A DNA stretch of 64,000 bases from an uncultured Bacilli bacterium (GTDB taxonomy: Bacteria; Bacillota_I; Bacilli_A; RF39; UBA660), in the NCBI GenBank assembly GCA_944331955.1, contig CALVIY010000001.1, forward strand, positions 22,013 to 86,012, read 5' to 3'. The position numbers and the translations under genes are program-made. Under the pieces are notes generated by a model, which did not search any database, was not told where the DNA came from, and worked only from the letters and a program-made list of their open reading frames with translations. Position 1 is the first letter of the stretch; the number at the start of each line of letters is the position of its first letter. Shown in pieces: positions 38,443 to 48,400 of this stretch.

Positions 38443-38502
38443 AATTTCTTTTTTATTATCCTTTTATATGATATTATAAAAGTAGTTAGAAAGGTTTAGA
38501 CT

Positions 38503-39759
38503 ATGAAGAAAAATATAATAAAGTTAATAGAATTATTCTTAATACTAAGTCCACTTTTTGATATGTTAACAGCATGCATGATACAAGCTTTAAATATCAA
38601 TTTTACTATTGGAATGGTAGTTAGATTTATAATTATTTTAATATGTGTTTTCTATCTTATATTCATATATAAAGATAAAGATAAGAAATACTTGTTATTA
38701 ATATTAGGTAGTATCTTTATATATCTTCTTATTTTTTTAGTATTAACTATTGTTAATAAAGATATATCTGTCTTATTATATGAAGGACAGAATGCTCTTA
38801 AAACCTTTTATTTACCAATTTTATTACTTAGTTTTTATGCTATTGTTAAAGAGAATAAATCCTTTATTACTAATAAGACTATAGTTACTGTTTATATCAT
38901 TTACCTTTTAGGTATCTTTATTCCTGATATCTTAGGGATAGGTTTTGATAGTTATGCAGTTAGTAAAGAGGGAAGTATTGGTTTTTTTAACACTGCTAAT
39001 GAAATTAGTGCTATTATCTCAATATTAATGCCTTTCTTTTTACTCTATCTTTATAATAAAAAGAACTTTTTCTTAACTATTCTTTTAGTAGGAGTTTTAG
39101 TCTTTGATATTTTAAGTATAGGTACTAAAGGACCACTTTTATCTTTTGTTCTTATACTTGGAGTTATTCTATTTATTTATATAATCTACTTAGCCAAAGA
39201 AAGATTATATAAAGTTCTTTCTATTCTTGTAGTAACATTAATTTTATTTGTATTATTTATAAGCTTTTATTTACCTAGAACTGCTTTTTATAAAAATATA
39301 GAAATACATTTAGACTTTTTAGGTGTTGATAATGTTATGGAAGTGTTTACTGACTATGAGTTATTTGATCACTTTGTCTTTAGTTCAAGACTTAAATTTT
39401 TAGGTAATACCTTTAATAGCTATAAAGATGCTAGTACTTTAGAGAAGATATTTGGTATTGGTTATATAGAAAATTATGGAACTGATGATGCTAGTACTAA
39501 GATGATTGAAATGGATTATTTTGATATTTTATTTAGACATGGTATAGTAGGTTTTGTTATTTATATGGGAGTAGTTATCTATTTCCTTTGTAAAGCCTTT
39601 AAACATACTTATAGATTAAAAGATAATTCTTATAAGATATGTAATTATTTATCACTTTCCTTAATTATATTATTATCACTAATTACAGGTCATGTCTTGT
39701 TAGCACCATCTGTTAGTATTTTTGTCGCACTTATTTTAACTAAGAAAGAGGTGGTATAA
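38503..39759 (+). CDS. O-antigen polymerase/ligase-like (Wzy_C-like) polytopic membrane protein
   Basis: 418 aa, about 10-11 TM helices with a larger loop near aa 270-340. Assigned by topology and context only. Confidence 0.45.
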   Translation: MKKNIIKLIELFLILSPLFDMLTACMIQALNINFTIGMVVRFIIILICVFYLIFIYKDKDKKYLLLILGSIFIYLLIFLVLTIVNKDISVLLYEGQNALKTFYLPILLLSFYAIVKENKSFITNKTIVTVYIIYLLGIFIPDILGIGFDSYAVSKEGSIGFFNTANEISAIISILMPFFLLYLYNKKNFFLTILLVGVLVFDILSIGTKGPLLSFVLILGVILFIYIIYLAKERLYKVLSILVVTLILFVLFISFYLPRTAFYKNIEIHLDFLGVDNVMEVFTDYELFDHFVFSSRLKFLGNTFNSYKDASTLEKIFGIGYIENYGTDDASTKMIEMDYFDILFRHGIVGFVIYMGVVIYFLCKAFKHTYRLKDNSYKICNYLSLSLIILLSLITGHVLLAPSVSIFVALILTKKEVV

Positions 39760-40625
39760 TGAGAAAATTAGTTTTTGTTATTATTAATTATAATGATTAT
39801 AAAACTACGAAAAGACTTCTTGATAATATTAAAGACTATAAAGTAATAGATAAGATTTATGTGGTTGATAATCATTCTACTGATAACTCTTATGAAGAGT
39901 TAAAAAAATTAAATATTAAAAGATATGAAGTAATAGAAACATCTAGTAATAAAGGTTTTGCTTCCGCTTTAAATATAGGTGCTAAAAAAGCGATAGATGA
40001 TTTTTCTAATGTTGATATTATCTTTTCTAACTCTGATATTATTATTAATAGTAATGCTAATTTAGTCGAGTTAAAAAACACTCTAGATGAACGTGATGTT
40101 GGTCTTGTAGGACCAGTTATATTTCAACAGAGAGAGTTAAATAGAGGTTGGAAGTTACCTAGTCCTACTGATGAAATACTTAGTAATTTACCTTTTATAG
40201 GGAAGAGGTTTAGTAAAAAATTATATTATGATGAAGAGCATTATAAAGGTGAGATGAGTGATGTAGAAGTAATATCTTTTTGTTTCTTTTTAATCAAGAG
40301 TGAAGTATTAAAGAAAATGGGCTTTTTTGATGAGAATACTTTTTTATACTATGAAGAAAATATTATGGCAAGTAAACTTAAACATACTAGATATAAAATA
40401 TTAGTTAATAATAATGTTACTATTATTCATGATCATTCTGTTAGTATTGATAAAAGCATTAATCGTATAAATAAATATAAAATACTAAAGCAAAGTCAAA
40501 TGTATTTTGAGACTACTTATAATCATGCTAGTAGTTTAGAGAAATTTCTTTTAAGATTAACAATTAGATTAACACTGATTACTTTATATGTTAGAATATT
40601 TATAAGAGGAGGTTTTAAGAAATGA
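39759..40625 (+). CDS. Glycosyltransferase family 2
   Basis: [40 protein letters not shown] motifs. Confidence 0.78.
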   Translation: MRKLVFVIINYNDYKTTKRLLDNIKDYKVIDKIYVVDNHSTDNSYEELKKLNIKRYEVIETSSNKGFASALNIGAKKAIDDFSNVDIIFSNSDIIINSNANLVELKNTLDERDVGLVGPVIFQQRELNRGWKLPSPTDEILSNLPFIGKRFSKKLYYDEEHYKGEMSDVEVISFCFFLIKSEVLKKMGFFDENTFLYYEENIMASKLKHTRYKILVNNNVTIIHDHSVSIDKSINRINKYKILKQSQMYFETTYNHASSLEKFLLRLTIRLTLITLYVRIFIRGGFKK

Positions 40626-41497
40626 AAGGAATTATTTTAGCAGGAGGTAGTGGAACTAGACTTTATCCTTTAACTGAAGTTACAAGTAAACAGTTAATGC
40701 CAATTTATGATAAGCCTATGATTTATTATCCTTTATCAGTATTAATGCAAGCGGAAATTAGAGATATTTTAATAATATCAACTCCTAAAGATTTACCTAG
40801 ATTTATGGAATTATTAGGAGATGGTTCTAAGTTTGGAGTTAATTTTTCTTATAAAGAACAACCTAGTCCAGATGGGCTTGCTCAAGCTTTTATCTTGGGA
40901 AAAGATTTTATTGGAGACGATACATGTTGTATGGTGTTAGGTGATAATATTTTTTATGGACCTAATTTAAAAAATGAATTATTGAAGGCAAAAGAAGATG
41001 CTAGTAAAGGGAATGCTACTGTTTTTGGATATCATGTTCATGATCCAGAACGTTTTGGTATAGTTGAATTTGATAGGGATGGTAAAGTGTTAAGTGTTGA
41101 AGAAAAACCAGATAACCCTAAGAGTAATTATGCTGTAACAGGACTTTACTTCTATGATAATTCTGTAATTGATAAAGCGATGTGTTTAAAGCCATCTAAA
41201 AGAGGAGAATTAGAGATAACAGATTTAAATAAACTTTATTTAAATGAATCTAAATTAAATGTTATTACTTTAAATGAAGGATATGGTTGGTTTGATACAG
41301 GAACCTTTAGAAGTTTATTTGATGCGACTAACTTTGTGGCAACTATCCAAGAACATCAAAATATTACTATTTGTTGCCCTGAAGAGATTGCTTATAAAAA
41401 TGGCTGGTTAAGTAAAGAGAAAGTATTAGAAGCGGCTAAATTAATGAAAAAGAATACTTATGGAAAACATTTAATGGAAATTATAGAGGAGAAGTAA
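40622..41497 (+). CDS. rfbA: Glucose-1-phosphate thymidylyltransferase
   Basis: [67 protein letters not shown]. Confidence 0.93.
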   Translation: MKGIILAGGSGTRLYPLTEVTSKQLMPIYDKPMIYYPLSVLMQAEIRDILIISTPKDLPRFMELLGDGSKFGVNFSYKEQPSPDGLAQAFILGKDFIGDDTCCMVLGDNIFYGPNLKNELLKAKEDASKGNATVFGYHVHDPERFGIVEFDRDGKVLSVEEKPDNPKSNYAVTGLYFYDNSVIDKAMCLKPSKRGELEITDLNKLYLNESKLNVITLNEGYGWFDTGTFRSLFDATNFVATIQEHQNITICCPEEIAYKNGWLSKEKVLEAAKLMKKNTYGKHLMEIIEEK

Positions 41498-41498
41498 G

Positions 41499-42068
41499 AT
41501 GAAGTTAATAGAAACTAATTTATTAGATTGTTATATTTTAGAACCAGATAGATTTGGAGATGAAAGAGGATATTTTTCTCCATATTATATAGAATCTAAT
41601 TTAAAAGAGTTAGGTTTTATGGGAGTAAAACAAGCGAATAGAAGTAAAAGTAGTAAGGGTGTAGTTAGAGGACTTCATTTTCAAGAAGATCCTAAGTGTC
41701 AAGCGAAGATAGTTGAAGTTATTAAAGGTTCTGCTATTGATGTAGTTGTTGATATTAGAAAAAATTCTCTTACTTATGGAAAGTATACAGCAGTTAAATT
41801 AACAGAAGATAATAATAGACAGTTATTTGTACCTCGTGGTTTTGCTCATGGATTTATTTCCTTAGAAGATGATACAATCTTTCAGTATTTAGTTGATAAT
41901 GATTATGCTCCAGATAAAGAAGGAGGAATACTTTGGAATGATCCTGATCTTGGCATAAATTGGGAAGAGATGTTTAAAGATAATGGTATAACTAGTCCTA
42001 TATTATCAGAAAAAGATGGTAAACATCCTAGACTTAGAGATTCTAAAGTGTTATTTGAAAGGAGATAA
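41499..42068 (+). CDS. rfbC: dTDP-4-dehydrorhamnose 3,5-epimerase
   Basis: FGDERGYF, VRGLHFQ, KIVEVIKGSAIDVVVDIR, VPRGFAHGF. Confidence 0.92.
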   Translation: MKLIETNLLDCYILEPDRFGDERGYFSPYYIESNLKELGFMGVKQANRSKSSKGVVRGLHFQEDPKCQAKIVEVIKGSAIDVVVDIRKNSLTYGKYTAVKLTEDNNRQLFVPRGFAHGFISLEDDTIFQYLVDNDYAPDKEGGILWNDPDLGINWEEMFKDNGITSPILSEKDGKHPRLRDSKVLFERR

Positions 42069-42070
42069 CT

Positions 42071-42949
42071 ATGAAATATTTAATTACTGGATATAAAGGA
42101 CAATTAGGTTATGATGTAAAACGTGAGTTATTAAAAAGAGGAGTTAAGGAAGAAGATATTTTTGCTATTGATAAAGAAGAGATGGATATTACTGATAGAG
42201 AAGAGGTAAATAGAGTTGTTAATGACTTTAAACCTGATGTAATATTTCATTGTGCAGCATGGACTGCCGTAGATAAAGCAGAGGATATGCGTGATGCTTG
42301 CTATAATGTTAATGTAGTTGGTACTAAAAACGTTGTAGATGCATCCCTTGAAGTAGGTGCAACTATTATATATATGTCAACAGATTATGTTTTTGATGGT
42401 ACTAAAGAAGGATTATATACTGAAGAAGATAAAGTTAATCCTAAGAGTGTTTATGGTAAGACTAAATTCTTAGGTGAAGAAGAAGTTAGACGTAATCCTA
42501 AACACTTTATTACAAGAATATCTTGGGTATTTGGAATTAATGGTCATAACTTTATTAGAACTATGTTAAAACTAGCAGAGAATCATAGTGAGTTAAATGT
42601 TGTAGATGATCAAATTGGTAGCCCTACTTATACAGTTGATCTTGCTAAAATTTTAGTTGATATGTCTTGTAGTGATAAATTTGGTACTTACAATGTTACT
42701 AATAGTGAGTATTGTAGTTGGGCTGAATTTGCAGAGTATATCTTTGAATCTAATAAAAAATGCGTTAAAGTAAATAAAGTTACAACAGAAGAGTATTTAG
42801 AAATTACTGGTACTAAGCAGGCATATCGTCCTAGAAATTCAAGATTAGATAAATCTAAATTAGAAGAGAACTTTGAGTTATTACCAAGTTGGAAAGATGC
42901 AGTTAATCGTTATAATATAGAGTTACAAAAGGAGAAAGAAAATGCTTGA
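42071..42949 (+). CDS. rfbD: dTDP-4-dehydrorhamnose reductase
   Basis: LITGYKGQLG, HCAAWTAVDKAE, STDYVFDG, YGKTKFLGE, GSPTYTVDLA. Confidence 0.9.
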   Translation: MKYLITGYKGQLGYDVKRELLKRGVKEEDIFAIDKEEMDITDREEVNRVVNDFKPDVIFHCAAWTAVDKAEDMRDACYNVNVVGTKNVVDASLEVGATIIYMSTDYVFDGTKEGLYTEEDKVNPKSVYGKTKFLGEEEVRRNPKHFITRISWVFGINGHNFIRTMLKLAENHSELNVVDDQIGSPTYTVDLAKILVDMSCSDKFGTYNVTNSEYCSWAEFAEYIFESNKKCVKVNKVTTEEYLEITGTKQAYRPRNSRLDKSKLEENFELLPSWKDAVNRYNIELQKEKENA

Positions 42950-43838
42950 AGTTAAACACATTACAAAATATTATGGAAATAATAAGGCAGTTTCTGATCT
43001 TTCTTTTACAGTTAAAGATGGAGAGATATTTGGCTTATTAGGAGAGAATGGGGCAGGAAAAACTACAACCTTTAGAATTATTATGGGTCTAATTGAAGCG
43101 AATAGTGGAGAAGTTTTACTTGATGGTAAGAAAATTGATTATAATTTGACTGATAAAATAGGCTTTGTTACAGAAGAGAGAAGTCTTTTAACTAAACTTA
43201 CAGTATTAGAACAATTAACATTTTATGGAGTATTAAAAGGACTTGATGAGAGAACTATTGAAAAAGATATAGATAAATGGTTAGAGAGGTTTTCCATCGC
43301 TAGTTATAAAAATAGAAAGATTAAAGAACTATCTAAAGGTAATCAACAAAAGATTCAGTTTATTTCTGCAATTATTAATCATCCTAAACTATTAATATTA
43401 GATGAGCCTTTTACAGGACTTGATCCTATTAATGTTAAGATGATGAAAGATGCTATTTATGATTTACAAAAAGAAGGATGTTCTATTATCTTTTCATCAC
43501 ATCAAATGGAATATATAGAAGACTTTTGTGAGAAGTTAGTTATTCTTGTAAAAGGACATCCAGTTGTAAGTGGTGATTTAAAGACTATAAAAGAAGATTT
43601 TGGTATTAAAAATATTATGTTAAGAGGAGATGATTTACCTCTTCTAAAACTTGAGAAAGTTAAAGGGGTAATAAGTGTTTCTAAAGTAAGAGGAGAAATA
43701 GAAGTTAAGATTGAAGATAAGATAGTCGCTCCTAAGATCTTTTCTTTAGTTAAAAACTGTAATATTACTAAGTATGATGTAGTAGAACCAACACTTAATG
43801 AAATCTTTATTGCGAAAGTAGGGGGTATCCATGAATAG
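42942..43838 (+). CDS. ABC transporter ATP-binding protein (NatA/YhaQ-like)
   Basis: Walker A GENGAGKTT, signature LSKGNQQKIQF, Walker B LILDEPFTGLD. Confidence 0.85.
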   Translation: MLEVKHITKYYGNNKAVSDLSFTVKDGEIFGLLGENGAGKTTTFRIIMGLIEANSGEVLLDGKKIDYNLTDKIGFVTEERSLLTKLTVLEQLTFYGVLKGLDERTIEKDIDKWLERFSIASYKNRKIKELSKGNQQKIQFISAIINHPKLLILDEPFTGLDPINVKMMKDAIYDLQKEGCSIIFSSHQMEYIEDFCEKLVILVKGHPVVSGDLKTIKEDFGIKNIMLRGDDLPLLKLEKVKGVISVSKVRGEIEVKIEDKIVAPKIFSLVKNCNITKYDVVEPTLNEIFIAKVGGIHE

Positions 43839-45147
43839 AAAATTTCTTTATTTAACTAAAGTTAGTTTAAGAAAAAAGTTTAAAACTAAATGGTTTGTTA
43901 TTACAAATGTAATACTTGCAGTTGCAATAGTTCTTTTCTTGAATATTAATTCTATAGTATCTTTCTTTGGAGGAGATTTTGATAGTAAGACTAAGATAAT
44001 TGTTGTAGATAATAATACTAATAGTTATAGTCTATTTGAAAAGAATATAGAAAGTTATGCAAGTACAATAAACTCTGATGAAGAAGATGTAAAAGTAACA
44101 GTTAAAAAGAGTGAAAAAGATGTTAAAAAATTAAAAGAAAACCTTGAAGATGATGAGATATTGATAGAATTAAATAGTGATAGTACAGAATACTTGAAGG
44201 CTAAGGTTACTTCTAATGAGAAGATAGATACACTAACTTATCAGGTTTTATCTCAGAGTTTAAATTCTACTAAAACTACTATTGGTATGGCTGTTAATGA
44301 TATAGATGCTGCAACATTAAATAATATATCTAGTCCTGTTACAATAGATAGAGTAGTACTTAATGAAAGTAATAATGTAGATGAGAATATGGGACTTATT
44401 ATGAGTAGTGTTTTTCCAACTATTATATTACCATTCTTTATGTTAACAATGATTTTAATTCAAATGGTAGGAGGGGAAATATGTGAAGAGAAGACAACTC
44501 GTAGTATGGAAATAATTATTTCTAATGTTTCTCCTAAACAACATTTAATGTCTAAAATACTTGCTAGTAATATCTTTGTTATAGTCCAAGGATTACTCTT
44601 AGTAGTTTATGCGTGTTTAGGTTTATTAATAAGTACTAATATGTTAAGTACTGGTATGTCACTACCTAGTGAAGTTACATCTATTTTTGATAGTTTAGTA
44701 GCATCAGGTTTTATAGAGAAATTAATTTATGTTATACCTTTAACCTTAATATTAATAGTTTTATCATTCTTAGCATATTCAATAGTTGCAGGTATCCTTG
44801 CATCAATGACTGTTAATATGGAAGACTTTAGTCAATTACAAACTCCTTTAGTATTTCTTTCTTTAGGAGGATATTACTTGGCGATGATGGCTGGTATGTT
44901 TAATGGTTCACTATTAATTAGAATACTTTCTTATGTACCATTCTTATCATCATTTGTTAGTCCTAGCCTTTATATGATGGGAGAGATAGGGTTAATTGAT
45001 ATAGTTATTTCTATTATAGTACTTGTTATCTTTATCTATTTAATATTACATTTTGGTATTAAAGTATATAAAGTAGGAATCCTTAACTATTCTAATGAAA
45101 AAGTATGGAGTAAATTATTTAAAGCTTTTAAGAGTAAAGATGTGTAA
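43831..45147 (+). CDS. ABC-2 family permease (NatB/YhaP-like)
   Basis: N-terminal TM, large extracytoplasmic loop, then five C-terminal TM helices. The start overlaps the stop of the ATPase gene. Confidence 0.75.
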   Translation: MNRKFLYLTKVSLRKKFKTKWFVITNVILAVAIVLFLNINSIVSFFGGDFDSKTKIIVVDNNTNSYSLFEKNIESYASTINSDEEDVKVTVKKSEKDVKKLKENLEDDEILIELNSDSTEYLKAKVTSNEKIDTLTYQVLSQSLNSTKTTIGMAVNDIDAATLNNISSPVTIDRVVLNESNNVDENMGLIMSSVFPTIILPFFMLTMILIQMVGGEICEEKTTRSMEIIISNVSPKQHLMSKILASNIFVIVQGLLLVVYACLGLLISTNMLSTGMSLPSEVTSIFDSLVASGFIEKLIYVIPLTLILIVLSFLAYSIVAGILASMTVNMEDFSQLQTPLVFLSLGGYYLAMMAGMFNGSLLIRILSYVPFLSSFVSPSLYMMGEIGLIDIVISIIVLVIFIYLILHFGIKVYKVGILNYSNEKVWSKLFKAFKSKDV

Positions 45148-45239
45148 TATTTATCTTGCAATTCTCTAAGTTATAGAACTTCTAATTAGTTATCTTTTAA
45201 AAAGAAGAGATATTATTATAAATATAAGGGGTGATATCA

Positions 45240-45929
45240 ATGGATAATGAAATGTGGTTAATTTGGAAGGATCCTAAAACAAGAAGAAGATATAAAATAG
45301 GAGTTCTTACTTATAATAAGCAGCAGTATATTTTTAAATACGTTAACCCAGAATTAAACGATGCTAGAAAAAATGGTTTTGAATTTTTTCCAGGATTTGA
45401 AGATATTCATAAAGAATATAGTAATAAAGAGTTATTTGCAAACATTGAGACTAGGCTACCTAACCCTGCTAGACCAGATTATCTTGAAATTTTAAATGTC
45501 TATGGATTAGAAAAAGATTCTACAAAATTAGAAATTTTAAGAGCTACTAAAGGTAGATTATTAACAGATAATTATGAGTTTGTTCCAACTTTTGATAAAG
45601 TTAAAGTGCAATTTGATGTTGCAGGTACTAGACATTGTTCTGATGTTAAAAAATGTTTAAAATTAATAAGTGTAAATGATAAATTATTATTAGAATTAGA
45701 ACCTAATAATTTATATGATGAATATGCTATTAAAGTTATTCTTGATAAGAATAATAAATATTATCATTTAGGCTATGTTCCAAGATATTATTCTAAAGAG
45801 TTAACTAAATTATTAAAAGATAATGTAGAGTATTCAGCAATGGTTCAGAGTTTAAATTTTGAAAGTAAAATTAGTGATGAGGATATTAATGTAGTTGTCA
45901 AATTAATTTTCAATGATAATATGAAATAA
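45240..45929 (+). CDS. HIRAN domain protein with an uncharacterised N-terminal domain
   Basis: The C-terminal part (FDVAGTRHCSDV...LELEPNNLYDEYAIKV......LGYVPRYYSKEL) fits the HIRAN pattern. The ATG at 45240 follows AAGGGGTGA. Confidence 0.6.
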   Translation: MDNEMWLIWKDPKTRRRYKIGVLTYNKQQYIFKYVNPELNDARKNGFEFFPGFEDIHKEYSNKELFANIETRLPNPARPDYLEILNVYGLEKDSTKLEILRATKGRLLTDNYEFVPTFDKVKVQFDVAGTRHCSDVKKCLKLISVNDKLLLELEPNNLYDEYAIKVILDKNNKYYHLGYVPRYYSKELTKLLKDNVEYSAMVQSLNFESKISDEDINVVVKLIFNDNMK

Positions 45930-45943
45930 ATTTATATTGTTAG

Positions 45944-45977
45944 CAAAAATGAGGTTATTTAAAAGCTCATTTTTTTG
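45944..45977 (+). terminator. Rho-independent terminator
   Basis: AAAATGAG-GTTATTTAAAAG-CTCATTTT followed by TTT. Confidence 0.7.
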
Positions 45978-46021
45978 AATAATACCTTAGTTATTTCTAT
46001 TATTAATTTTATATACTTTAT

Positions 46022-46111
46022 ATTAAAGGATATAAAGTAGTAATCCTTAACTATTCTAATGAAAATGTATGGGGTAAATTATTTAATGCTGTTAAAAGTA
46101 AAGAAGTGTAA
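46022..46111 (+). pseudogene. Orphan relic of the last ~27 codons of an ABC-2 permease gene (duplicate of 45057..45147)
   Basis: About 90% nt identity to the 3' end of 43831..45147. It encodes YKVVILNYSNENVWGKLFNAVKSKEV* against YKVGILNYSNEKVWSKLFKAFKSKDV*, with no upstream ORF attached. Confidence 0.8.
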
Positions 46112-46124
46112 TTACCATTAAAAA

Positions 46125-46179
46125 AAGTTATTTCGTTTCGACGAAATAACTTGACAAAAATACTATATAAATATAAAAT
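46125..46179 (+). promoter_or_regulatory. 11-bp perfect inverted repeat overlapping a sigma-A promoter
   Basis: AAGTTATTTCG (46125-46135) and CGAAATAACTT (46142-46152). TTGACA (46151-46156), 17-nt spacer, TAAAAT (46174-46179). Confidence 0.5.
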
Positions 46180-46196
46180 AAAAATAGGTGATAAAG

Positions 46197-47390
46197 ATGT
46201 TAAAAAGAGAAGTTTACTTGTCAAGAATTAGAGGATTTTATGATTCTAATTTAGTGAAAATATTGGTAGGAATAAGAAGATGTGGTAAGTCTGTTATTCT
46301 TAATCAGATAGTAGAAGAAATAAAAGATAAAGGTGTTAATGAAAACCATATTATATATGTTAATTTTGAACTTGTAGAATTTGAAGAGTTACAAGACTAT
46401 AAAAAGTTAAATAAATATATTAAAGATAGTATTAAAGATGATAAAATTTATTATGTATTTTTAGATGAGATACAAAGGGTTGAAAAATTTGAGACAGTTG
46501 TAAATTCGCTACGAGCATCTCTTTCTAATATAAGTATATTTATAACTGGTTCTAATAGTAAGCTTTTATCAAAGGAACTTTCTACTGTTTTATCTGGAAG
46601 GTATGTTTTATTTAATATTTATCCTTTAAGTTATAAAGAATTTACGGAACTATCTTCAAAAGATCCTAATAATGAAGAAACATTTTGGAATTTTGTAAAG
46701 TGGGGAGGACTTCCAAATAGGGTTCAGTTTAATGATGAAATCAATATAAAAGATTATCTTCATAGTGTGTTCGATTCTATTATTTTAAGGGATGTAGTAG
46801 AACGACTAGGACTTAAAGATATAGTTTTATTTAATTTGCTATTACAATATGTTGTTGATACAACAGGAAGAGAATTTTCTGCTGATAATGTTATAAATTT
46901 TTTAAAGACTGAAGGAAGAAGTGTTTCTACTGAAACTTTATATAATTATTTAGATGCTCTATGTAAAGCTTTAATAATTAATAAAATTTATAGATATGAC
47001 ATTCATGGTAAGGCAATATTAAAAACTTTAAATAAGTATTATATGACTGATTTAGGAATAGCACAGATAAAGAATAATAACTTTGAAATAAATAAAAGTT
47101 TTGCTATTGAGAATGTTGTATATAACGAATTATTAGAAAGAGGATATGATGTATATATAGGAAAAACTAAAAAAGGAGAGATAGATTTTATTGCTACTAA
47201 AACGGATGAAAAAATGTATATTCAAGTAGCTTACTTTTTAGATAATGATAAAGTAATTGAAAGAGAGTTTGGTGCTTTTGAAGAATTAAGTGATGATGTA
47301 CCTAAGTATGTTCTTTCTTTAGATAAAGAGAATTTGTCAAGGAATGGAATTATACATAAGAATATAATTGAGTGGTTATTAGAAAAATAA
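46197..47390 (+). CDS. AAA_14/DUF4143-family ATPase with a C-terminal PD-(D/E)xK-like module
   Basis: Walker A GIRRCGKS, Walker B VFLDEIQ; C-terminal GEIDFIA...YIQVAY nuclease-like motif. Confidence 0.7.
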   Translation: MLKREVYLSRIRGFYDSNLVKILVGIRRCGKSVILNQIVEEIKDKGVNENHIIYVNFELVEFEELQDYKKLNKYIKDSIKDDKIYYVFLDEIQRVEKFETVVNSLRASLSNISIFITGSNSKLLSKELSTVLSGRYVLFNIYPLSYKEFTELSSKDPNNEETFWNFVKWGGLPNRVQFNDEINIKDYLHSVFDSIILRDVVERLGLKDIVLFNLLLQYVVDTTGREFSADNVINFLKTEGRSVSTETLYNYLDALCKALIINKIYRYDIHGKAILKTLNKYYMTDLGIAQIKNNNFEINKSFAIENVVYNELLERGYDVYIGKTKKGEIDFIATKTDEKMYIQVAYFLDNDKVIEREFGAFEELSDDVPKYVLSLDKENLSRNGIIHKNIIEWLLEK

Positions 47391-47425
47391 AAGGCAATAT
47401 AATGATTATGTATTGTCTTTTTCTT
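47391..47425 (+). terminator. Rho-independent terminator
   Basis: AAGGCAATA / TATTGTCTT stem (one G.T pair), followed by a T-rich stretch. Confidence 0.6.
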
Positions 47426-47475
47426 TATAATTATTTAATTCTGTGATAAACTAATAGTAGAAAGGTAGTTGACTT

Positions 47476-48390
47476 ATGAAGAGGATTGTTATTATAGGTT
47501 GTGGTAATGTAGGATTAGAATATTTAAAGAAACTGTGTATGACTGATATAGCTCTTGATATAAGCTTAATTGATATAGATCTAGAGAAACTTGAAGGTGA
47601 AATTCTTGATTTAGAACAGTCTTTAGTTTATAGAGATAATAATATTAATATAAAATTAGGTGATTATAGTGATTGTAATGATGCAGATATTGTTGTTATA
47701 ACAGCAGGTGTTTCTCAATCTATAAAGAATAGAATGGATGATTTAGAGAAAGCTAATGAGATAGTAGTTGATATTACTAATAAATTAAGAGATACTACTT
47801 TTAATGGTATTATTTTAGTAGCAAGTAATCCAATGGATGTTATTACAGAACTTATCGCTCATTACTTAGATTATCCTTATAATAAAGTAATAGGTACTGG
47901 ATGTATGCTTGATACAGCAAGATTAAAATCATTAATTAGTAAAAAGATTAAAGTAAAAGCAAATGATATAAATATCTATGTATTAGGAGAACATGGTGAT
48001 AGTCAAGTTGTCGCTTGGAGTAATGCTAATATAGGTTTAGAAAACTTAAGTAGGTTTTTATCACTTGATGAGAAAGAAGAACTAGAAGATAATACTCGTC
48101 ATATGGGTGGTACTATTACTAAAAGAAAAGGTTATACTAGTGATGGAGTTGCAGGATGTCTTTTAGAACTTACATTATGTATTCTTAATGATTTAAAGAA
48201 AGTATATTCTATATCTAATTATAATACTAATTATGATGTATATTTATCTACTCCTTGTATTATAGGTAAAAAAGGAATAGAGAGAGTTATTAATATTAAG
48301 TTAACTAGTGAAGAAGAAGAGCAATTAGAAGAGAGTGCTGAAGTAATTAATGAGGCAATTGATAAAATATTGCCAAAAGAGTTATATTAG
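47476..48390 (+). CDS. ldh: L-lactate dehydrogenase family (LDH/MDH)
   Basis: IVIIGCGNVG, VITAG, ASNPMDV, GTGCMLDTARL, GEHGDSQV motifs. Confidence 0.8.
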   Translation: MKRIVIIGCGNVGLEYLKKLCMTDIALDISLIDIDLEKLEGEILDLEQSLVYRDNNINIKLGDYSDCNDADIVVITAGVSQSIKNRMDDLEKANEIVVDITNKLRDTTFNGIILVASNPMDVITELIAHYLDYPYNKVIGTGCMLDTARLKSLISKKIKVKANDINIYVLGEHGDSQVVAWSNANIGLENLSRFLSLDEKEELEDNTRHMGGTITKRKGYTSDGVAGCLLELTLCILNDLKKVYSISNYNTNYDVYLSTPCIIGKKGIERVINIKLTSEEEEQLEESAEVINEAIDKILPKELY

Positions 48391-48400
48391 GAGGTTAGTT

